A DNA stretch of 64,000 nt from Eledone cirrhosa (Eukaryota). Under the pieces are notes generated by a model that searched no databases, was not told the DNA's origin, and saw nothing but the letters and a program-made list of their open reading frames with translations. Each line of letters opens with the position of its first letter. Position 1 is the stretch's first letter. The position numbers were made by a program, and so were the translations under genes. The stretch covers positions 406,410,001 through 406,474,000 of the forward strand of contig OZ024740.1 in the NCBI GenBank assembly GCA_964016885.1, given 5' to 3'. Of this stretch, positions 54,575-64,000 are shown piece by piece.

Positions 54575-55614
54575 TACAAGCCATAACAGAGGAGTTTAAG
54601 ACTGGCTGTCCATGGGAACTTCTCTATGCTGACGATCTGGCTCTTATGGCAGAATCAGTAGAGGAGCTAGAGAATAAATTCCGGCTATGGAAACAGCAGT
54701 TGGAAGCAAGAGGACTGAGAGTAAATCTAGCTAAGACAAAAGTGTTGATGAGTAGAAAAGAGGACAAAACCCTGATTCCGTCAGGGAAATGGCCATGTTC
54801 GATATGCAGAAAAGGAACTGGCATAAATTCTATAAAATGCACACAATGCAGGTCCTGGGTACACAAGAGATGTAGCGGGATAGCAGGCAAACTAACAGGT
54901 AGGGAGAAATATGTATGCAGTAGATGTACAGGGAAATTAGACAGTAGAAGTCGCACTGATAGACACATTTTTCAAATGCGAGAGGGCGCTATAGAAGTGG
55001 TGGATAGCTTCCGGTACCTAGGAGATCAGATTAGCATGGGAGGAGGGTGTTCCGAGGCCATAGTATCTAGAATAAGGACGGGTTGGAAGAAGTTTAGGGA
55101 GCTGCTTCCTCTGTTGACGAAGAAGGGTTTCTCCCTGCGTACGAAAGGCCGGTTGTATGATGCCTGTGTGAGGAGCGCGATGCTGCATGGTAGTGAGACA
55201 TGGGCAGCAACCGCAGAGGATATGCGACGGCTGGAGAGAAATGAGGCAAGCATGCTCCGTTGGATGTGCAGTGTAAATGTGCGTGAACGACCCAGCATAA
55301 ATGTGTTGAGAGAGAAACTGTGTCTGAGAGGGATAGAATGTAGTGTACGGGAGAAAAGACTGAGGTGGTATGGACATGTGATGCGCATGGAGGATGACCG
55401 ATGGGTGAAGAAGTGCCAGGAAATGCCAGTTGAGGGAAGACGTGGTAGAGGTAGACCACGAAAAACATGGGCGGAGGTGGTGAGAACAGACCTCAGATCA
55501 TTGAAGCTCACGGTGGAGATGACGAGGGACCGTGACGAGTGGAGAGATGCTGTGCTGAATAAGACCCGTCCCACCCTTGCAAGCAGGGAAAAGTGGACGT
55601 AAGATGATGATGAT
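54575..55614 (+). mobile_element. RTE family B, 5'-truncated (YADD + PHD + C-terminus), ORF running into the tail stem-loop, (GAT)n end
   Basis: [34 protein letters not shown]; diverged from family A; frame open to 55602. Confidence 0.9.
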
Positions 55615-56130
55615 ACATACATATATATACATACATATACATACATACATACATATATATACATACATACATACATATATATACATACATACATATATAT
55701 ACATACATACATATATATACATACATACATATATATACATACATACATATATATACATACATACATATATATACATACATACATATATATACATACATAC
55801 ATATATATACATACATACATACATATATATATATACATACATACATATATATACATACATACATATATATACATACATACATATATATACATACATACAT
55901 ATATATACATACATACATATATATACATACATACATACATATACATACATACATACATATACATACATACATACATATACATACATACATATATATATAC
56001 ATACATATATATATACATACATACATATATATACATACATACATATACATACATACATACACATACATACATACATACATATACATACATACATACATAC
56101 ATATATATATACATACATACATATATACAT

Positions 56131-56178
56131 GATGGCTGCCCCCTCGTTATCGAGTATGGCCATTGCACAAAAAAAAAA

Positions 56179-56230
<52 letters not shown>

Positions 56231-56309
56231 GCAATAATAATAATAACGACAACAACAATAATAATATACATATTCATATATATATACACACACACGCACG
56301 CACATAAGC

Positions 56310-56347
<38 letters not shown>

Positions 56348-59300
56348 GATAGCAACTAACAGTGCTGCGATCGAATGTGGCTTTTTAGCCCAGCCAATGA
56401 TCCAAAATGTCTTGCACAGAGTCGGCAACCAAAACATTTACTGGGAATAGTCGGCTGTGGTTGGAGTTCGTGTACTTTTGCATGTCGCTTGAGTCCTCCT
56501 GCTGATTTACATTCTCTACCACATGTTTGGCAAGCATGATGAGTAGCATCTCCAACAGCAGCCTGGTAGTCAACCACTGGTCTTACTTTATGACTACGAA
56601 GATGACTTTCGAGTCCAGCTTTGCTTAGGCAGAGTCTCGCACAGACGCTGCATGTCAGAAACATAGGAGGACCCTCGCCGTCTGGAAGTGCAACAGCAAT
56701 ACCCTTCCTCACGTCCCGCTTTACTTTCTCGTGTGCGATTCGAGATGCCTCAAAGGCAACTTTTCCTCATATACAGTCTTTCTCCATTTATTACGATCAG
56801 CAGCAATATTTTCCCATGTATCAGCAGAGATGTTAGCGTCTCTCAGAGAGGCCTTCAAGGAATCCTTATACCTCTTTTTTGGTTTATGTGGCGGTCGTTT
56901 TCCTTTAACCAACTCTCCATAGAAGAGTTGTTTTGGTATTCTAGAATCCTTCATCCTGGCAAGGTGACCACTCCAACGGAGTCGCTGCTTAAGCACAAGA
57001 GCTTCTATACTGTCACACATAGAGCTTTCCAAAATCTCGACATCACTGATGTGGTCCCTCCAGTGAACGCCATGTATCCGTCTGAGACACATCTGATGGA
57101 AACGCTCCAATTGCTTAAGGTGGCGTCGATATGTGACCCAGGTCTCGCAGGCATAAAGAAGACAAGAGAGTACACATGCCCTGTACACCTTTACCTTTGT
57201 CCTCCTGCATATGTCTCGCCGACCCCAGAGTCGCCTTTCTAGCTTTCCGAAAGCATCACTTGCTTTCCTAATCCTAAGTGAGATTTCACTGTCAAGGTTG
57301 CCGTATCGATTGACAGTGCTTCCCAGGTAGACAAACTGATCAACCACTCCAAGTCGTTTGCCATACACATAGATGTTTGGTTCAGTGTACTGCCTACCAG
57401 GTGCAGGTTGGTACATGACGACGGTTTTCTTGAGACCTACAGTCAAACCCAGGGCAGTGCAAGCGTCAGAAAATACATTCAAAATGTGCTGCATATCACT
57501 CTCTGTGTGCGCTACAAGATCGCAATCATCTGCATACAAGAGGTCTCTTATGACTGATGTAAATACTTTTGTCTTCGCAGCAAAGCGCCTGATGTTAAAT
57601 ATGCTGCCTGAGGTTCGATATCGGATGTAAACACCATGCTCGCAATTCCTGAATGCAATACAGAAAACCATTGCAAAGTATATGGCAAACAGGGTCGGTG
57701 CTGGAATATCCCCCTGTTTCACTCCATTTTTTTTTACTGAGATAGGCTCCGACATGTTACCTCCGACATTAACCCAAGCCTTCATGTCGTCATGGAAAGA
57801 CCTAACTAAAGCAAGGAACTTATCAGGGCAACCAAGTTTCTGGAGAACCTTCCATAATGCATCTCTGTTGACAGTATCGAAAGCCTTTGTCAGATCGACA
57901 AAAACCTGATACAGATCCAAGCCCTGTTCAATGCACTTCTCCTGGAGCTGTCTAGCTGAGAAGATCATATCAGTAGTGCCGCGTCCAACACGAAAACCAG
58001 ATTGACTTTCAGGAAGGACACAATCTGCAATGTGTGTCAGCAGACGGTCCAGAAGCACCCTACATAAAACTTTCCCCACGACAGAAAGCAATGATATACC
58101 TCTGTAGTTCCCACAATCATTCCTGTTACCCTTTCCCTTGTACAAGACCACCATTACTGCATCTCTCCAGTCCTCAGGCACGGATTCATTAGCCCATATC
58201 CTTCCAAACAGAGAGTGAAGATGTTGCAGGAGTCTCTCACCACCATATTGTAGGAGCTCAGCATGTATGCCATCCATACCTGGAGATCTTCCACTGTTCA
58301 GCTTCGAAATAGCCACTGCAACCTCCACAAGTGTCGGAGGCTCTGCGAGAGCTACTTTCACAGGACTTTCCGGAATGAGATTGAGGAAATCTTCACTGAC
58401 GACAGACGGCTGATTCAAAAGATCATCAAAGTGCTCCCGCCACCTTCGTAGAATTCCCTGTGAGTCACGAAGAAGTTCTTTGCCATCCTTGCTGCGAATC
58501 GGTGTCACCAGAGAAGAAGACGGTCCATAAACCTCACGCAAGAGACTGTACAACAGCTTTGTGTTATTGCAATCAGACGCAGTTTGTATCTCACCAGCCT
58601 TCTCACTCCACCACTGATCCTTCATCTGAGAAAGACTCCGCCTAACACGTGATTTTACATCCCTGAGCTCCTCATGCAACGTATTCCTCTCCTGTGGTCT
58701 TGCCGTCAAGTAGCGTGACAGAGCGCGCCTCTTATCAGCCAACAAGTCATCTATATGCACATCTTTCTCATCAAACCAGTCCTGATGTTTTCTCTGCACC
58801 AATCCCAGAACACGTCTGCCTACATCATAAACCGACTTTTTAAGGGTCGGCAATCCTCACCAAGATCTGCAGCCTGCATCTCTTCTTCCAATGTCCTCTT
58901 CACATTTTTATCCTTAAGACGAGCAGCATTCAATCTTTTGGGCAGGGTAACACCAGGAGCCCGGATTTTACGTTTGGTGATTAGATTCACTTTTGCGCGT
59001 ACCAGGCGGTGGTCCGTCCAGCACTCAGCTCCACGAAGAACACGAACACACCGCACATCCTGTCTGTCACGCATCCTGACTAGGACGTAGTCCAAAAGAT
59101 GCCATTCCTTAGATGCAGGATGCATCCATGTGGTCTTGAATTTGTTCTTTTGTTGGAACATGGTGTTGGTAACACACAGATCCAGCTCCTCACACATCTG
59201 CAGCAAGAGCATACCATTGCTGTTACACTTTCCCACCCCATGCCTTCCGATTACATTCCATGTGTTAAAATCCCTACCCACTCTAGCATTAAAGTCACCA

Positions 59301-59910
59301 AGCACGATGACTTTGTCTGCCTGAGGGATATTTCTTAAAACACCTTTCAAGGCATGGTAAAAGGACAGTTTTTCTTCATCGACAGAATTCATAGTTGGAG
59401 CATACACACTCACCAGGGTAGCATATCTTCCCTTGTCCAGCGGAACTCTCATGGACATAAGACGCTCACTAATCCCCACTGGGAATTCTTCCAATTTATT
59501 CACCAGTACAGTCTTAACAGCAAATCCTACCCCAGCCTCTCTTCTGGTTCCTTCATCTCTTCCTTTCCAGAAGAATGTATATTCTCCACAAAATTCCGTA
59601 AGATGACCATCTCCAGCTAACCTCGTCTCAGACAAAGCCACGATGTCAAGATCGTAACGTCGAAGCTCCCTCGCAACAAAAGCGGTCCTTCGTTCAGGAC
59701 GCTCCAAAGAATCCCTGTCAAGCAGCGTCCGTACGTTCCAGCAGCCAAGACTAAATGCCCTGTTTGGCTCTATTACAATGGCACGATGACGGGCGGGCCC
59801 AGGTTGTGATAACTTGGGGCCCCTGCCCTTATTGCCAATGATCTTTTTTGTTCCAGAACCCAAATTGGCAATTATCTCGTTTACATTGTTCTGGAACATC
59901 ATTGAATTGG

Positions 59911-59942
<32 letters not shown>

Positions 59943-59968
59943 AGAAAAAAAAAAAAAAAGTAATAATA

Positions 59969-60003
<35 letters not shown>

Positions 60004-60306
60004 ACACTATTAATAATTATTAATGCACTCGTGCAATGCCTGTGCGTGACGAATATTTTTAAAGTGAGGAAAGACTGTGCACTGAACCAATCCCACTCTC
60101 TGAGCGACAGTAGCTATAACCCGAAAAGAAGAAAAGATCAACATCATCGGTAACTACTGAGCCGCAGGTTTTATATCGGAGTTAACCCAGTTTCCTGAGA
60201 TGCCTTCTCCTAGAAGAATACCCTGACATGGGCTAGGGGTTCTTCACTCCCAGTGGTTTAACTGCGCGATCGGGCATCCAGCCCGATTATTTCTATGTCC
60301 CCGCGC
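56131..60306 (-). mobile_element. Near full-length RTE (BovB-like) family C LINE
   Basis: 5' UTR, APE (GCWNVRTL, ALSETR, VYAPT, GDFNARVG, TDH), RT (NYRGISLL, FVDLTKAFDTV, GVKQG, LLYADD), three C2H2 fingers, and a simple-repeat-rich 3' UTR with terminal stem-loop. Confidence 0.93.
56356..59902 (-). pseudogene. RTE family C ORF (APE-RT-3xC2H2) broken by two frameshifts (about 58850 and 56765), possibly sequencing errors
   Basis: Consecutive ORF pieces 58820-59902, 56721-58853 and 56356-56712. Sister copies have ttttccctcat where this copy has ttttcctcat. Confidence 0.85.
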
Positions 60307-60314
60307 AAAAAAAA

Positions 60315-60346
<32 letters not shown>

Positions 60347-60428
60347 CATACATATATATATACATACATATATATATACATACATATATATATACATACA
60401 TATATATATACATACATACATACATATA

Positions 60429-60464
<36 letters not shown>

Positions 60465-60488
60465 TACATACATACATATATATATACA

Positions 60489-60522
<34 letters not shown>

Positions 60523-60685
60523 CATACATACATATATACATACATACATACATACATATATACATACATACATATATACATACATACATATATACATACA
60601 TACATATATACATATATATATACATATATATATACATACATACATATATACATACATATATATATACATACATACATATATACAT

Positions 60686-60718
<33 letters not shown>

Positions 60719-60723
60719 CATAT

Positions 60724-62435
60724 ATCATCATCAACGTTTAACGTCCGTGTTCCACGCTTGCATGGGTTTGACGGGGGTTTTCCCACTTGAGGCAAGAGTG
60801 ATTGTCATGCTCGCATAGGACTGTCTGGCAGGTTTTCTACAGTTGGATGCCCTTCCTAACACCAACCACATTTACAGTGTGGGTCTGGGAGGTTTTTACC
60901 GTGTTGCCTACACGGCCACATTACAGCGTGAAACTGTGTTTTTTTTCTCGTGACACCTACACGATTTCATTTGTTTCGGCCTGGATGGTGTGGCACCAAC
61001 ATAACTTTACATAGAAGAGGGCGGTGTGGATGGGGGGGGGGGGGGGGGTATTTTGTTAGAGATGCCTACTGACTGTAGTAGGTTTTACTTTGTATTTAGG
61101 TAAGGCGGGTCTTCTCTGTTACTGAGTACCGCCAAAGGTCTCGGTCCAGTGATATTGTCTTCGTGAGGTGTAAGTGTGTGAGGTCGGAGTTTATCAGCTC
61201 GTCCCAGGTTTTTCTTGGTCTGCCTATTCCATGGCTACCATCTATCTTCATTGCCCTGCACTTTGTTATACAGCTATCGTCCTTCATGCGCATCACGTGA
61301 CCGTACCAACGTAGCCTTCTCTCGAGTAAACAACATCTGAGTCGTCTTAGTTCTAATTTTTTCCTTAGTTCGTTTATGCTTTGCCGTTCACGTATATTAC
61401 TATTACACATCCAGCGGAGCATGCAAGCTTCGTTTCTCTCTAGTCTGCGTATATCCTCTGCACACAATGCCCAGGTCTCACTGCCATGCAACATTGCTGT
61501 TCGTATGCAGGCATCGTACAACCTGCCTTTCATTTATAGGGAGAACCCTTTAGCGGCTAATAGTGGTATAAGCTCTCTGAACTTTTTCCACCCAGTTCTG
61601 ACTCTAGCTACTGTACTTTCAGAGCACCCTCCCCCACTGCTGATTTTGTCACCCAGGTAACGGAAGCTGTCCACTATTTCTATAGAACCCTCTACGCAGT
61701 TGAAAGAGCTAGTATTTTGTTGGCACTTGCTGCTACTTATTGCCCCAGAACACCGGCCACATGTAAAATCTATGTTCTTAGTTAGCTTACCTGTGATCCC
61801 ACTACATCTTTTATGCACCCAAACTTTGCATTTGGGACACAAAATGGAATTTCTACCTACGCCTTTCCTACACTCTGCGCATGGCCACTTCCCGGAGGGG
61901 ACCGCCGCCTTATTTTCTTTCTTACAAACTAGAACTTTAGTCTTAGCCAGGTTAATTTTAAGGCCTTTTGATTCTAGGCCGTGCTTCCATGTTTGGAATT
62001 TCTTCTCTAGCTTGGCCATTAATTCAGCTATGAGCGTTAGATCATCTGCGTATAGGAGTTCCCATGGGCAGCCGGTCTTGAACTACACTGTTATAGCCTG
62101 GAGGGCAATAATAAATAGTAGGGGGCTAAGAACAGAGCCCTGATGAACACCAACTTTTACACTAAACTCTTCACTATATTCGTTGTTAATTCTAACCTTG
62201 CTGACTGTTTCTTTATACATGGCTTGTATAGCTCTCACAAGCCATTCATCAACACCTAGTTTTCTAAGAGCCCACCAGATAATGGAATGGGGGACTCTGT
62301 CGAAGGCTTTCTCCAAGTCGACAAAAGCTAAGTATAGGGGTTTACTTTTAGCTAGGTACTTCTCCTGTAGTTGTCGTACAATGAAAAGAGCGTCTGTGGT
62401 ACTTTTTCCTGACACAAACCCGAACTGCATTTCAT
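60724..62435 (-). mobile_element. RTE family A, 5'-truncated at EMQFGF, complete 3' UTR and (GAT)n tail
   Basis: Homologous to 20506-21890 and 51170-51568; contains a stop and a frameshift. Confidence 0.92.
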
Positions 62436-62677
62436 ATATATACATACATATACATACATATATATATATACATACATACATATATACATACATATATACA
62501 TACATACATATATATATACATACATATACATATATATACATACATATACATATATACATACATATATACATACATACATATATATATACATACATATACA
62601 TATATATACATACATATACATATACATATACATACATATACATATACATACATATACATACATATACATATTTATGC

Positions 62678-62710
<33 letters not shown>

Positions 62711-62735
62711 CATATATATACATACATATACATAC

Positions 62736-62771
<36 letters not shown>

Positions 62772-63063
62772 ATATATATACATACATACATATATATAGA
62801 TACATACATATATATAGATACATACATATATATATACATACATACATACATATATATAGATACATACATATACATACATACATATAGATAGATACATACA
62901 TACATATATATAGATACATACATATACATACATACATATAGATACATACATACATATAGATACATACATACATATATATATACATACATATATACATACA
63001 TATATATACACATACATATATATACATACATATATATACACATACATATATATACATACATAC

Positions 63064-63112
<49 letters not shown>

Positions 63113-63118
63113 CATACA

Positions 63119-63220
<102 letters not shown>

Positions 63221-63231
63221 CATATATATAC

Positions 63232-63274
<43 letters not shown>

Positions 63275-63507
63275 CATATATACATACATATATACATACA
63301 TACATATATACATACATACATATATACATACATACACATATATATATACATACATACATACATATACATATATACATACATACATATACATATATACATA
63401 CATACATATACATATATACATACATACATATATATACATACATACATACATATATATACATACATACATACATATATATACATACATACATACATATATA
63501 TACATAC

Positions 63508-63541
<34 letters not shown>

Positions 63542-63719
63542 ATACATACATATATATATACATACATATATATATATACATACATATATATATATACCTA
63601 CATATATATATATACATACATATATATATATACCTACATATATATATATACATACATACATATATATATATACATACATATATACCTACATATATATATA
63701 TACATACATATATATATAC

Positions 63720-63753
<34 letters not shown>

Positions 63754-63917
63754 ACATACATATATATATATATATACCTATATATATATATATACATACA
63801 TACATATATATACATACATACATATATATACATACATACATATACATACATACATATATATACATACATACATATATATACATACATACATATATATACA
63901 TACATACATACATATAC

Positions 63918-63951
<34 letters not shown>

Positions 63952-64000
63952 ACATACATATATATATATACATATATATATATATACATACATACATACA

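Overview
Eukaryotic (animal) repeat-dense DNA. No host protein-coding gene, tRNA, rRNA or CRISPR can be supported. The SINE sequences resemble those I recall from octopus/cephalopod genomes (inference, not a search result). Most of the window is a giant compound (TA)n/(CATA)n microsatellite whose C-containing strand is almost always the + strand (about 5640-44020 and 46577-64000). It is split by more than 25 non-LTR retroelement insertions from four clades. (1) RTE: family A with an internal PHD finger, a related family B, and family C with three C-terminal C2H2 fingers plus two kinds of bipartite non-autonomous derivative. (2) R4/Dong-type RT + restriction-like endonuclease elements. (3) Two CR1/L2-group elements, one full length and intact. 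(4) Tx1/L1 3' fragments. Nearly all long ORFs made of Y/I/H/T/M/V/C in the ORF track are microsatellite artefacts. Best candidates for something new: a covarying 5'-3' RNA panhandle shared by the autonomous RTE family C and its non-autonomous derivatives; strand-specific use of the polarised microsatellite by different LINE clades in opposite orientations, with family C apparently carrying its own microsatellite landing pad in its 5' UTR; and in-frame -1 slippery heptamers linking ORF1 to an ATG-less ORF2 in the intact CR1/L2-like element. Also present: a hammerhead ribozyme fold at 236-317, two long fold-backs, and a duplicated (possibly allelic) block across a 200-N gap. Sequence quality at about 37400-43500 and 46577-53000 looks low.
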